A DNA stretch of 64,000 nucleotides. Origin: Planctomycetota bacterium. Its GTDB lineage: Bacteria > Planctomycetota > Phycisphaerae > WQYP01. The stretch covers positions 39,440 through 103,439 of the forward strand of contig JAKBMM010000002.1 in NCBI GenBank assembly GCA_021831565.1. Direction: 5' to 3'. This document shows, in pieces, positions 46,426 through 56,897 of this stretch. Position 1 is the stretch's first letter, and every line of letters begins with the position of its first letter. The notes under the pieces are model-generated. The model saw only the letters and a program-made list of their open reading frames with translations, was not told the DNA's origin and ran no database searches. The translations under genes were made by a program, and so were the position numbers.

Positions 46426-49400
46426 TTGGCGTTGCGCGTTTCAGGTATTGTCATGGGTAAAAAAGTTAGAGAATGGGCCGCCATTGGGGAATATCAGTCC
46501 ATAACGAGTCTGTGCGCCCTGGCGGTTTGTCTGATCGCGCTGCTGGTGCTGCTGGGATGGACACTTCAAAATAATACGCTGATCAGTTTAATTCCCGGCA
46601 GCGTTCCGATGAACCCCGTGGCGGCGCTGCTGTTCCTGGCCTGCGGCGCGGCGTTGTTTTTGGAGGAGCCGGCCGAAAAAAATCGCCGCCTCGTCCCGGT
46701 GGCAGCCATTCTCGGCTCGGCGACGGTGTTGCTGGCCGGCGTCCGCCAATGGCGTTATCTGACCGGCGCCCCGCTGTACGTGGATCGCTGGCTGTTCGCC
46801 AACCGGCTCAATCGTGTTCCCTTTGCTCCCAATCGGATAGCGCCGGATAGCGCGACGGCGTTTGTTCTAATCGGACTGGCGCTGCTGGCCGGTTTGTTCC
46901 CGCGGCCGCGAAGAAAGCAACTCCTGATGCAGAGTTTGACCCTCATGCTGGGGCTGGTCACGGTCTTCGGGCTGATCAGTTATCTGTTTGCCTTTTCCCA
47001 GCCAACCAGCGCCGGCGCCATCGACAGATTTATGCCCATGCCTATTCCCACCGGCTTGGCTTTTACTCTGCTGACAACGGGTTTGCTGAGCATCCAGCGG
47101 GATTATGGACTGGTGAAGCGTCTGGCGAGTCCTTTGCCCGGCGGCACGGTGATGCGGTATTTTCTGCCGGGGATCATTATGGCGCCGACTCTGCTGGTCG
47201 GGGTGGCCCTCCAGGCGTTCTATCTGCGCCTGGTCGGTCCCGGAGAAGCCGCGGGGCTGGCGGCGGTGGCCGTGATCGCGGTGCTTGGCGCGATGGGTTG
47301 GGCGACGGCGGCAATGTTCGACCAAAACGCCCTGGCGCGGCAGGAAACCATAGCGAAATTGCATTTTCTGCAGAACGATCTGGTCAAGGCCCGCTTCGCC
47401 GCGGAAGAGGCCGCGAAAGCCAAGGGCCAGTTTCTGGCCAACATGAGCCATGAAATCCGTACGCCCCTGCACGGGGTGCTCGCCATGCTGGATATTCTCG
47501 GCGAGACGCCGCTGGATCAGCGGCAGAAAAACTACGTCCATATCGCCCATTCTTCCGCCGATACTCTCTTGTCCGTGATCAACGACATTCTCGACTTTTC
47601 CAAGATCGAGGCCGGGCGGATGGAGTTGAACGTCCAGGATTTCGACCTGCGCGCCTGGACGGAAAACACTATTTCCATGCTCGCCCCATTGGCGACGGCC
47701 AAGGGATTGGACCTCATCTGTCATATCGCGCCCGAATTGCCTTCGCTGGCGCGCGGCGATCCGGTACGGCTGCGGCAGGTGCTGATTAACCTGATCAACA
47801 ATGCGATCAAATTCACCGCCGCCGGCACAGTGGCGGTGCAAGCCGCTCTTGTTTCGGCGAATGAAAACGACATGGTGGTGAAGTTTGAGGTGTGCGACAC
47901 CGGCATCGGGATATCGCCGGAGCAGGGTCGGAGACTTTTTACGGCCTTCTCACAGGTACACACGGGGGGCGGGGGCACCGGCCTGGGCCTGGCGATATGC
48001 AAACAACTGGTGGAGATGATGGGCGGCGCCATCAGCTTCGAGAGCCAACCGGGCCGAAGCGGTTGCTCTCTCCCCGGCTGTTGTTCCTCCGCGAAATCTC
48101 CCGCAGGCGGCGAGAGTCAATCCCGGTGGCTCTCGGGAGGCAGTTGTTTCCGGTTCACGGTGAAACTGGGCCGGCGCCAGAGCGTCTGGCTGGATCAGCA
48201 GGCGATACCGGAGGCGATCCGGAAGTTGCAAGTTGTTCTGATGATTCCCAACGCCGCGATCCGCGCGGGGATCACGGAGCCGTTGACCTATTGGCGCGTG
48301 CGCGTCCGCCAGGCCGAGACCGCGGACGCCTGCCTGCAAACGCTCGGCGAGATGCGGCGCGCCGGCGCGCCGGCGGATATTTTGTTTATCGATCATCAAC
48401 CCGATGCAACGGATGCGCTGGAACTGGCCAGGCGGATTCATACCCAAACGGAACTCCCATGCCCGGCGATGGTGCTGCTGGCGCGCGTCGGTGCGGAACC
48501 GCCGCCGCAAAAGCTGCGCGAGCTTGGCATCGTCGGTGTGTTAAACAAGCCGGTGCGGCAATCCCAGCTTTTCGACGCGATCATGCACATTGTCGGCAAC
48601 GGCACACCCTCCGCGGATACGGGCCAGACGCAACCCGTTCCGGCGGTTCCGACCGCCTCCGGGATGCAACTGCGGCCGGACCTGAAAGATATTCCGGTCC
48701 TGGTGGCGGAAGACAACGCGATCAATCAGTTCGTGATCCGCGAAATTTTGCAGGGACTCGGCGTGCAATGCCGGGTGGTGTCCCATGGAGGGGAATGCCT
48801 GGAGGCGCTGGAAAAAGAAAAGTTCGCCCTGGTATTGATGGATTGTTTTATGCCGGTTCTCAACGGGTTCGACACCGCCCGGGAAATTCGCCGGCGCGAG
48901 GCGGCGGGAAATCGTTTCGCCACCCCGCAACAAGAACGCGCCACGGAAAGAATCCCGATTATTGCGCTGACGGCCAACGCCACGCAGGGAGATCGCGACG
49001 CCTGCCTGGCGACGGGGATGGATGGTTATCTGACCAAGCCGCTGGACCGGCGGGCGCTGATCGAGGAAATCGAAAGGCTCGTGGCGCCGGCGACTTGCGG
49101 CGAAGGCGCCGGCGCGCCGGGGCCGACACCCGCCGGGAATCCATTGGCGGCGGAGCCTATCGACATCAAACAATTGTTGTCCTACTGCCAGGACGCAGCG
49201 TTCGCGGAGGATTTGCTCAAAAAATTCATTTCCCAGGGCCGCTCGGAAATTCAAAACCTGCACGCGCACATCACGGCCGGCGAGTGGGACGCGGCGTCGC
49301 GCGCGGCGCATGGCATCAAGGGAACAGCGGCTTATCTTTTCGCCCAGCCGCTTCGCCAGGCCGCCCGGCGGGTGGAAGAACTTTGCAAGGAATCCCGCCG

Positions 49401-49491
49401 GCCCGAGAGCGTCCGGGAGGCGCTGGGGGTGGTGGAAACGGAAATGGGTCGATGTCTACAATGGATTGAGGATCGCGCCAAGAAAGCATGA
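46426..49491 (+). CDS. Hybrid sensor histidine kinase / response regulator (N-terminal multi-TM sensor, HisKA, HATPase_c, degenerate REC, REC, Hpt)
   Basis: H-box MSHEIRTPL; N/G boxes NLINNAIKFT and GTGLGLAI; receiver with DCFMP...LTKP; Hpt AHGIKGTAAYL. Confidence 0.8.
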   Translation: MALRVSGIVMGKKVREWAAIGEYQSITSLCALAVCLIALLVLLGWTLQNNTLISLIPGSVPMNPVAALLFLACGAALFLEEPAEKNRRLVPVAAILGSATVLLAGVRQWRYLTGAPLYVDRWLFANRLNRVPFAPNRIAPDSATAFVLIGLALLAGLFPRPRRKQLLMQSLTLMLGLVTVFGLISYLFAFSQPTSAGAIDRFMPMPIPTGLAFTLLTTGLLSIQRDYGLVKRLASPLPGGTVMRYFLPGIIMAPTLLVGVALQAFYLRLVGPGEAAGLAAVAVIAVLGAMGWATAAMFDQNALARQETIAKLHFLQNDLVKARFAAEEAAKAKGQFLANMSHEIRTPLHGVLAMLDILGETPLDQRQKNYVHIAHSSADTLLSVINDILDFSKIEAGRMELNVQDFDLRAWTENTISMLAPLATAKGLDLICHIAPELPSLARGDPVRLRQVLINLINNAIKFTAAGTVAVQAALVSANENDMVVKFEVCDTGIGISPEQGRRLFTAFSQVHTGGGGTGLGLAICKQLVEMMGGAISFESQPGRSGCSLPGCCSSAKSPAGGESQSRWLSGGSCFRFTVKLGRRQSVWLDQQAIPEAIRKLQVVLMIPNAAIRAGITEPLTYWRVRVRQAETADACLQTLGEMRRAGAPADILFIDHQPDATDALELARRIHTQTELPCPAMVLLARVGAEPPPQKLRELGIVGVLNKPVRQSQLFDAIMHIVGNGTPSADTGQTQPVPAVPTASGMQLRPDLKDIPVLVAEDNAINQFVIREILQGLGVQCRVVSHGGECLEALEKEKFALVLMDCFMPVLNGFDTAREIRRREAAGNRFATPQQERATERIPIIALTANATQGDRDACLATGMDGYLTKPLDRRALIEEIERLVAPATCGEGAGAPGPTPAGNPLAAEPIDIKQLLSYCQDAAFAEDLLKKFISQGRSEIQNLHAHITAGEWDAASRAAHGIKGTAAYLFAQPLRQAARRVEELCKESRRPESVREALGVVETEMGRCLQWIEDRAKKA

Positions 49492-49528
49492 AGTCGGGAA
49501 GGGTCTCTCGTGAAGGAGGACGTCGCCG

Positions 49529-50647
49529 ATGCAATTGCGGAATGTTCTGGTCGTGGACGATGATCCGATCGCGCGGGAAATGCTGCGGAGCGCGCTGGAA
49601 AGACTCGGCCACACGGTGCTGTGCGCCGGCGGTGGAGACGAAGCGCTGGAACAATTGACCCAGAACCACGTCCGCATGGTGATCACCGACTGGATGATGG
49701 AACCGATGGACGGTTTGCGGTTGTGCCGGGCGATTCGCGAACGCCGTTTCAGCCATTATGTGTACATCATCATGTTGAGCGCGCGGGACGACCCGGTGGA
49801 CATCGCCCAGGGGATGGATGCGGGCGCGGACGATTTTGTCACCAAGCCGTTTCATCCCGTGGAACTGGCGGCGCGGATCAAGGCCGGCGTGCGAACGCTT
49901 TCGCTCGAGACGCGCGACGTGACGATTTTCGCCCTGGCCCGCCTGGCCGAGTCGCGCGACAGTGAAACCGGCATGCACCTGGAACGGGTTCGCAATTATG
50001 TGCGGATCCTGGCGGAACAACTCGCTCAATCCCCCACCCTTTTCCCGGCGGTCACCGGCGATTTTGTCCAGATGCTTTACGACACCAGCCCGCTGCACGA
50101 CATCGGCAAGGTGGCGATTCCGGACGCGATTCTTCTCAAGCCGGGCAAGCTCAACGCTTCGGAATATGAAATCATGAAGCGCCACGTCGTCATCGGGGCC
50201 GCCACGCTGGATGAAGCGCTGACGCTTTATCCGGAAGCGAAGTTCCTGGAAATGGCCCGCGACATCGCCGCCACGCATCACGAAAAATATGACGGCACGG
50301 GCTACCCGGCGGGCCTGGCCGGCGAGCGGATACCTTTGTGCGGCCGCATTATGGCGCTGGCGGACGTTTACGACGCGATCACCTCCAAGCGGGTTTACAA
50401 GGAGGCGCATTCCCACGAATTCGCCTGCCAGGAGATTCAAAAAGAGGCCGGCAAACATTTTGATCCGCGCCTCGTGGAGGCCTTCTTCCAAAAAGAAAAG
50501 GACATCCTGGTGCTGCGCGAGTACTTCCTGGAACTCGAACAGGCGCAGAAAACCTTTTCCCTGGCCAAGTCCGATTGGCTGCCGCTGGTTAAGGCGGCCC
50601 ACGCCCTGGCGGCTACGGAGCCGCTGGTGTCCGAGCCGCGAACCTGA
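49529..50647 (+). CDS. Response regulator with HD-GYP phosphodiesterase output domain
   Basis: REC (VLVVDDDPIAREML...DWMMEPMDG), then HD (LHDIGKVAIPD) and GYP (HHEKYDGTGYPAGL). Confidence 0.85.
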   Translation: MQLRNVLVVDDDPIAREMLRSALERLGHTVLCAGGGDEALEQLTQNHVRMVITDWMMEPMDGLRLCRAIRERRFSHYVYIIMLSARDDPVDIAQGMDAGADDFVTKPFHPVELAARIKAGVRTLSLETRDVTIFALARLAESRDSETGMHLERVRNYVRILAEQLAQSPTLFPAVTGDFVQMLYDTSPLHDIGKVAIPDAILLKPGKLNASEYEIMKRHVVIGAATLDEALTLYPEAKFLEMARDIAATHHEKYDGTGYPAGLAGERIPLCGRIMALADVYDAITSKRVYKEAHSHEFACQEIQKEAGKHFDPRLVEAFFQKEKDILVLREYFLELEQAQKTFSLAKSDWLPLVKAAHALAATEPLVSEPRT

Positions 50648-50767
50648 TCAGGCCCCGCGTGGCCGCGGCGGCGCCGCATATCTACGGATTGCCCGTGATA
50701 TATGGACCGTTTATGATCGCCCCGTATTAGCTGGACACTTGGCGATTCCAGGCGGAGATTCTGGTCG

Positions 50768-51670
50768 ATGAAAATCTCACTGATGCTGGGAAATTTGCGG
50801 CAGCCTTTCGAAGAATCCCTCCATACCGTCCAACGATTGAATATCCCCGCGATTCATCTTTCGGCTGGAGGGATGTGGAATCCGGCAACCTGCGACGCGG
50901 CTTGCCGCAAGCGGTTGCGGGCGCTGCTGCGCCGGCGGGGGCTGGTGATTTCAGCGCTCTCGCGCTGGGGCGGCGAGGTCGATCTGGGCGAGGTCTCGCA
51001 AGCCGATCAAAATATCGCCGATGCCCGGCGCACCCTGGAAATGGCCGCTGATTTGATGGCGGAAAATGGCGGCCCGGGCATCTGGCAGGCGCACATCGGC
51101 GTTATGCCGCGCACGGCCGACGGGCCGCGCTGGGATTCGTTTGTGCATTGCGCCCGGGCCATTGCCCGGCACGGCGAAAAGGTCGGCGCCTGCCTGGCGG
51201 TTGAAACCGGTCCGGAACCGCCGGCCGTAGTGGAAAAATTGATGCGCGCCGTGGAAAGTCCGGGGCTGCGCGTCAACTACGATCCCGCCAATCTCATTCT
51301 CTGGCCGGCTCTGTTGCACACGGTTGGGCGCCTGGTTGAGAAGTTCGGCAAACCGCCAACGCCTTATGATAAGGAAACGGCGATCCGCGAATTCGAGCCG
51401 GTCGAGGGCGTCCGGCGGCTGGGTCGATACATCGTGCATACCCATGCCAAAGACGCCCGGGTGGAAGGTGGTGTGGATCGGGAATCGCCGCTGGGCCAGG
51501 GCTGGGTCGATTGGCCGCGTTATTTACGGCTGCTGAAGGAAAACGGCTACCAGGGATATCTGGCCATCGAGCGGGAAACCGGCGCCGACCCGGTTGCGGA
51601 TATCGCGGCGGCGGCGGAGTTCCTCCGCGCGCAACTGCGCCTTTTGCAATCCGGCGGAACGGAAAATTAA
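50768..51670 (+). CDS. Sugar-phosphate isomerase/epimerase (xylose-isomerase-like TIM barrel)
   Basis: TIM-barrel family pattern with conserved LAVETGPEP and HTHAKDA metal-binding segments. Confidence 0.65.
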   Translation: MKISLMLGNLRQPFEESLHTVQRLNIPAIHLSAGGMWNPATCDAACRKRLRALLRRRGLVISALSRWGGEVDLGEVSQADQNIADARRTLEMAADLMAENGGPGIWQAHIGVMPRTADGPRWDSFVHCARAIARHGEKVGACLAVETGPEPPAVVEKLMRAVESPGLRVNYDPANLILWPALLHTVGRLVEKFGKPPTPYDKETAIREFEPVEGVRRLGRYIVHTHAKDARVEGGVDRESPLGQGWVDWPRYLRLLKENGYQGYLAIERETGADPVADIAAAAEFLRAQLRLLQSGGTEN

Positions 51671-51826
51671 ATCGCCCACAGACCGCGGGTTGGTTGCAAT
51701 TCTCCCGCCATGATCCGATACTAAACCGGTATTTGTGCCAATCGGCCCGAGGCCCCCGTGCGTACCTCCGGCTGGATTGGAAAACGAGGCGAATATTGCA
51801 CAAGAAGTTTTAGAAAAGGTAGTGCC

Positions 51827-52960
51827 ATGGCGACAGTGGAGTTTTCCAACGTATCGAAGATTTATCCCGGCGGCGTACGCGCGGTGAACAACATCTCGCT
51901 GGCGATCCACGATCGTGAATTCGTCGTGCTGGTCGGCCCGTCGGGCTGCGGTAAAACCACTACACTGCGAATGGTGGCGGGACTGGAGGAAATCTCCGAG
52001 GGGACTCTGGCCATCGACGGCCGGGTGATCAACCACGTGGCCCCGAAAGACCGCGATATCGCCATGGTGTTCCAGAATTACGCCCTGTACCCGCACATGA
52101 CGGTGTACAAGAACATGGCGTTTTCCCTGCAACTTCGGCGGCGCGAACTGAAATTAACCCGCCGGCAGATTGATGAGCGCGTGCGCCAGGCGGCGGGTAT
52201 TCTCGGTTTGTCCGATTACCTGAACCGCAAACCCAAGGCGCTCTCCGGCGGACAGCGGCAGCGCGTCGCGGTCGGACGGGCCATTGTCCGTAACCCCAAG
52301 GCTTTTCTCTTCGACGAACCGCTCTCGAATCTCGACGCCAAGCTGCGGGTGGAAACGCGGGCGGAAATCAAGAAACTGCATCTGCGGCTCAACACCACCA
52401 CCATTTATGTCACGCACGATCAGGAAGAGGCCATGACGCTCGGTGATCGCGTGGTGGTCATGAAAGACGGAGTGGTTCAGCAATGCGCCCGGCCGCTGGA
52501 AGTCTATGAACGCCCCGTCAATCAGTTCGTGGCGGGCTTCGTCGGCACGCCGCCGATGAATTTTTTCACCGGCAAGATTATTGACGGAAAGTATTTTGTT
52601 TTCGGCCACCAGCGCATGGCGTTGCCGCCCGTGCTTCTTCAGGCGCTGCAAGGACGGTCCAACGGTCCGATTATTCTGGGCGCCCGCCCGGAAGCACTTT
52701 CGCTGGTTCCCGAGGGGCGATTCGCCGGACAGGAGAACAGCATTACCGGAACGGCCAGCGTGGTCGAACCACTGGGCGACCGGATGGATGTGTATTTTTC
52801 CAGCGACGAACATTCGCATCTGATCTGCCGAACCGACGCCACGCATGCAACGGAGATAGCCCCGCTATCGCCTCTGCGGGTTTACCTGGCGCTGGATAGA
52901 TGCCACCTCTTCGATGCCGACAGCGCCGGCCGCAATATTTCCCTGGCGGTCAAGGGGTGA
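51827..52960 (+). CDS. Carbohydrate-type ABC transporter ATP-binding protein (MalK/UgpC/MsiK-like), no adjacent permease
   Basis: Walker A GPSGCGKTT, signature LSGGQRQRVAVGRA, Walker B FLFDEPLSNLD. C-terminal MalK-like TOBE domain. Confidence 0.85.
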   Translation: MATVEFSNVSKIYPGGVRAVNNISLAIHDREFVVLVGPSGCGKTTTLRMVAGLEEISEGTLAIDGRVINHVAPKDRDIAMVFQNYALYPHMTVYKNMAFSLQLRRRELKLTRRQIDERVRQAAGILGLSDYLNRKPKALSGGQRQRVAVGRAIVRNPKAFLFDEPLSNLDAKLRVETRAEIKKLHLRLNTTTIYVTHDQEEAMTLGDRVVVMKDGVVQQCARPLEVYERPVNQFVAGFVGTPPMNFFTGKIIDGKYFVFGHQRMALPPVLLQALQGRSNGPIILGARPEALSLVPEGRFAGQENSITGTASVVEPLGDRMDVYFSSDEHSHLICRTDATHATEIAPLSPLRVYLALDRCHLFDADSAGRNISLAVKG

Positions 52961-53181
52961 GCCGCGCCGGCGCGCCGCAACGGGCCGGGGAGTCAAAAGG
53001 AATAGCCGAATACCATGCGGCGGGGGACGGACGCGCGCCGCGGCATCGTCTGGCATGACGAGCGGGACGCGGTCGCAAAGCAACCGCTTTTGATCCATCA
53101 TACGCGGGGAAAAAATGGCAAAAGCCGGTATCCCGCGCCGGCGACCTTGTGGCGAATCGCCGGGGATCGGTGAGACTCAGC

Positions 53182-56139
53182 ATGGCCGATTCTCTTTACA
53201 TCATTGATGGACATGCGCAAATCTATCGTGCTTACTACGCTCTGCCGGGGCTGCGGAACCGGGCGGGCGAACCGACCGGCGCCGTCTATGGATTTGTCTG
53301 GGCGCTGCTCAAACTTCTTCAGGCGCGAAAGCCCGCCGGCCTGGCGCTGGCCATGGATGCCGGCTCCAGCCGGCGCGAGCGGATCGACAGCCGGTACAAG
53401 GCGCACCGCCAACCCATGCCCGAGGACCTGCCGCCGCAGATCGAGCGCATCAGCCAGATCATGCAGATTCTGGGCGTCCCGATTTTGCGCGTGGAAGGAT
53501 TCGAAGCCGACGACGTGATCGCCACGCTGGTGGAACAACTGCGAAAAAGTCCCGCGGGGAGCGACCTGGAAATTTTCATCTGCTCGCGCGACAAAGACCT
53601 CGATCAACTTATTGATCCCGCCACGCGGCTCTACGACATTCAAACCGGCGAAGTTCTCGACGCCGCCGCCCTGTATCAGAAAAAGGGCTACCGGCCCCAG
53701 CAGGCCGCCGACGTACTGGCGCTGGCCGGCGACGCGGCCGACAATATTTTCGGCATACCCGGCGTGGGTCCGAAAACCGCGGCCAAATGGATCGCCGAAT
53801 ATGGAACGCTCGATAATCTCCTGGCTCATGCCGATCGGCTCCCGGGCAAAGTCGGCCAGGCGCTGCGCGAAAATCTGCCGGTTCTGGCCCAGTCGCGCCA
53901 ACTCGTGCGGCTGCGTGTGGACCTGCCGTTGGCGGCGGATTTAACCGCCATGCGTTTGCAATCCGCGAACCTGGATCGTCTGGCGCCGATCTTTCAAGAG
54001 CTCGATTTCCAGAAACTCGCGCCCCTGCTCCAGCAAGCGCGGCAAGGACTCGCCGCGCCATCGCCCTGGTCATCCCCGCCGGTCCCGATGGCTCCGGGGA
54101 TCAAGAAGATAGGCCCGGGACGGTCCAAACGGACCGATGGCGGCGGGGCAACTCTTTTCGGCCCGGAGCCGGTCGCCACTGATGACAAGCCGCCCCCGAT
54201 AGTTATCTCTCCCGTACAGCAGTCGGGACAATCGGGATCGGGACAGGCCGGGATGCCGGCGGGGGTGTCCCCACCCACCGGCGATGCCGACCTGGCAGCG
54301 CGGGTGTCCGCACCCGCCATAGGCGTGGCGGGCGACTATCGGCTGGTCCATACCGTCGCCTTGTTGGAACAAATGCTTGTCGATCTGGCCCGGATCCTCA
54401 AGCAACAGGAAAATTGCTGGCTCGCGGTCGATACGCAAACCGATTCGCTCGGGGCGATGCGGTCGAATCTCTGCGGCATTTCGCTCTGCGCCCGCGAAGG
54501 TCTGGCTTGGTACGTGGCCGTTAAAGGAATGGGGGAATGCCTGCCGGTGGAGCTGGTTCGCCGCCGTCTGGGGCCGCTGCTGCAAGACCCCGGGGTGAAA
54601 AAGATCGGCCAGAATCTTAAGTACGACATCAACGTGCTGCGTAAAGACCACCTGCCGCTGGATGGTGTTTTCCTGGACACCATGGTGGCCAGTTACGTTC
54701 TGGACGCGTCGCGGCGCAGCCATTCCCTGGATTCGCTGGCGCGGGATTATCTGGGGCTGACCACCACGGCCATTTCCGATCTGATCGGCAAAGGCGCCCG
54801 GCAAATCAGCTTCGCCCAGGTTCCGCTGGACCGCGCCTGCCGTTATTCCGCCGAAGACGCCGACGCAACTTTCCGCCTGGCGCGGCTGCTGCATGGACGA
54901 ATTTTGCGGGAAGGATTGCAGCAACTTTTCTTCGATCTGGAAATGCCGATGGTTTGCATTCTGGCCGACATGGAATATGCCGGGGTCAAGGTGGACGTGG
55001 AGCGGCTTAAAAAATTGGAACGGGACATCGGCAATAAACTCGACGATCTCCGCCGGCGGATTCCGGCCGCGGCCGGGGTGGATTTTAATCCGGATTCGCC
55101 CCGGCAGTTGGCGGACGTGCTATTCAACCGTCTGGGTCTGCCTGTGCTCAGAAAAACCAAGACCGGTCCCGGCACCGATATGGACGTATTGGAAGCCCTG
55201 GCCGATCAACACGCCGTTCCCGCCTTGATCCTCGAATATCGCCAACTGGCAAAACTAAAAAATACATATCTGGAAGCGCTGGCCGGACAAGTACTGCCCC
55301 GCGATGGCCGGGTCCACGCCAGTTTCAACCAGACCATCGCGGAAACGGGCCGGCTCTCCAGCAGCGATCCCAACCTGCAGAATATTCCCATCCGGACGGA
55401 ATTGGGCCGGGAGATACGCCGGGCGTTCGTCGCCGCGGACGCCGATTTCGTTCTGCTGGCGGCGGACTATTCCCAGATTGAGTTGCGCGTGCTGGCCCAT
55501 TTCTGCCGCGAACCGGCCCTGCTGGCCGCGTTTGCCGCCGACCAGGACATTCATCAGTTTGTGGCCGCGCAAATTTATCACATCGCGCCGGAGCAAGTGA
55601 CGCCGGAGATGCGCCGCCTGGCCAAAACCGTGAATTTTGGAATCATTTATGGGCAGAGCGCCTTCGGATTGGCGCAGGTGCTGAAAATTCCGCGGCGGGA
55701 AGCGGAAGCCTTCATTCACGCGTACCGGGAGCGCTTCTCCCAGATCGGGCAATTCACCCGGCAATGCATTCAGGAAGCGCTGGAGCGCGGCTACGTGACG
55801 ACGATTCTGGGCCGCCGCAGAAAAATTCCCGAAATTCAATCGCCCAATCCATCCCTGCGCCGCTTCGGCGAGCGGGCGGCGGTCAACACCGTGGTGCAGG
55901 GTTCCGCGGCCGATCTGATAAAAACGGCCATGGTCCATATCCAGCGGCGGCTCGGGGCCGAGGGTGAAAAAATCCGCCTGATTCTCCAAGTGCACGACGA
56001 ATTGGTTTTTGAATGCCGGCGCCGCGCTGTTGCGGGTTATGCCGAGCTGATTCGCGGTGAAATGCAAAACGCCATGTCGTTAACCGTGCCGCTGAAGGTG
56101 GACATCGGCTGGGGCGAGAACTGGCTGGAGGCGAAATAA
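53182..56139 (+). CDS. polA: DNA polymerase I
   Basis: 5'-3' exonuclease N-terminus (LYIIDGHAQIYRAYYA), 3'-5' exonuclease region, pol domain motifs RRxAKTVNFGIIYG and QVHDELVFE. Carries a Pro/Ser/Gly-rich insertion of about 80 aa. Confidence 0.9.
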   Translation: MADSLYIIDGHAQIYRAYYALPGLRNRAGEPTGAVYGFVWALLKLLQARKPAGLALAMDAGSSRRERIDSRYKAHRQPMPEDLPPQIERISQIMQILGVPILRVEGFEADDVIATLVEQLRKSPAGSDLEIFICSRDKDLDQLIDPATRLYDIQTGEVLDAAALYQKKGYRPQQAADVLALAGDAADNIFGIPGVGPKTAAKWIAEYGTLDNLLAHADRLPGKVGQALRENLPVLAQSRQLVRLRVDLPLAADLTAMRLQSANLDRLAPIFQELDFQKLAPLLQQARQGLAAPSPWSSPPVPMAPGIKKIGPGRSKRTDGGGATLFGPEPVATDDKPPPIVISPVQQSGQSGSGQAGMPAGVSPPTGDADLAARVSAPAIGVAGDYRLVHTVALLEQMLVDLARILKQQENCWLAVDTQTDSLGAMRSNLCGISLCAREGLAWYVAVKGMGECLPVELVRRRLGPLLQDPGVKKIGQNLKYDINVLRKDHLPLDGVFLDTMVASYVLDASRRSHSLDSLARDYLGLTTTAISDLIGKGARQISFAQVPLDRACRYSAEDADATFRLARLLHGRILREGLQQLFFDLEMPMVCILADMEYAGVKVDVERLKKLERDIGNKLDDLRRRIPAAAGVDFNPDSPRQLADVLFNRLGLPVLRKTKTGPGTDMDVLEALADQHAVPALILEYRQLAKLKNTYLEALAGQVLPRDGRVHASFNQTIAETGRLSSSDPNLQNIPIRTELGREIRRAFVAADADFVLLAADYSQIELRVLAHFCREPALLAAFAADQDIHQFVAAQIYHIAPEQVTPEMRRLAKTVNFGIIYGQSAFGLAQVLKIPRREAEAFIHAYRERFSQIGQFTRQCIQEALERGYVTTILGRRRKIPEIQSPNPSLRRFGERAAVNTVVQGSAADLIKTAMVHIQRRLGAEGEKIRLILQVHDELVFECRRRAVAGYAELIRGEMQNAMSLTVPLKVDIGWGENWLEAK

Positions 56140-56209
56140 AATCTCCGCACATGACGCTTTCCACGTCAGGGAGGTCTGTTTCCACACGGCCATGCGGTTT
56201 TCCACGGTT

Positions 56210-56827
56210 TTAGCTCCATTCGAATTGCGATTGGCGTTCCTTAAGCCATTGCAGCAAGCGCCGCAGCGTCTTGCCGCGATGACTGATCCGGGCCTTTTCC
56301 TCCGGAGAAAGCTCGGCTGTGGTCCGGCCAATTTCCGGAATGAAAAACAGCGGATCATAACCGAATCCGCCTGTTCCCCGCGGCGCCAGGGCGATCATTC
56401 CCTCCAGTTGGTCGCTCATTGTCACCAGCGTCGCCCGCGGATGCGCCAGCGCCGCGGCGCAAACAAACCGCGCCGTGCGCCGGGCGGGCGGAACGTCCCG
56501 CAATGCCGCCAGAAGCTTGCGATTATTGGCCAGATCGTCGCAGGGTTCGCCCGCGTAGCGCGCGCTGAACACCCCCGGCGCGCCGCCCAGCGCGTCCACA
56601 CACAGGCCGGAATCTTCCGCCAGCGTCAGCAGGCCTGTGTCCAGGGCGAATGCCCGCGCTTTTTTCACGGCGTTTCCCACAAAGTCCGGCTGGTCTTCGT
56701 TTACCGATGGGCCGCCGCCGATTTGCCCCGGCAAGATCATGGCAACTCCGGTCAGTTCCGCTCGTTCCAGTTCGCGGCGTATCTCCCGCACTTTTCCCTC
56801 GTTGCCTGTCGCCACCAGCAGTCGCAT
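56210..56827 (-). CDS. rdgB: Non-canonical purine NTP pyrophosphatase (dITP/XTP; RdgB/Ham1)
   Basis: MRLLVATGNEGKVREI...GYDPLFFIPE matches the Ham1 family. Confidence 0.85.
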   Translation of the reverse strand: MRLLVATGNEGKVREIRRELERAELTGVAMILPGQIGGGPSVNEDQPDFVGNAVKKARAFALDTGLLTLAEDSGLCVDALGGAPGVFSARYAGEPCDDLANNRKLLAALRDVPPARRTARFVCAAALAHPRATLVTMSDQLEGMIALAPRGTGGFGYDPLFFIPEIGRTTAELSPEEKARISHRGKTLRRLLQWLKERQSQFEWS

Positions 56828-56897
56828 GGCCTTTCTCCTATAGCTTTCCTATAATTGCCCCAAGGCAACAAGGCAACTGGTATTCAGCGAGGTTGAT

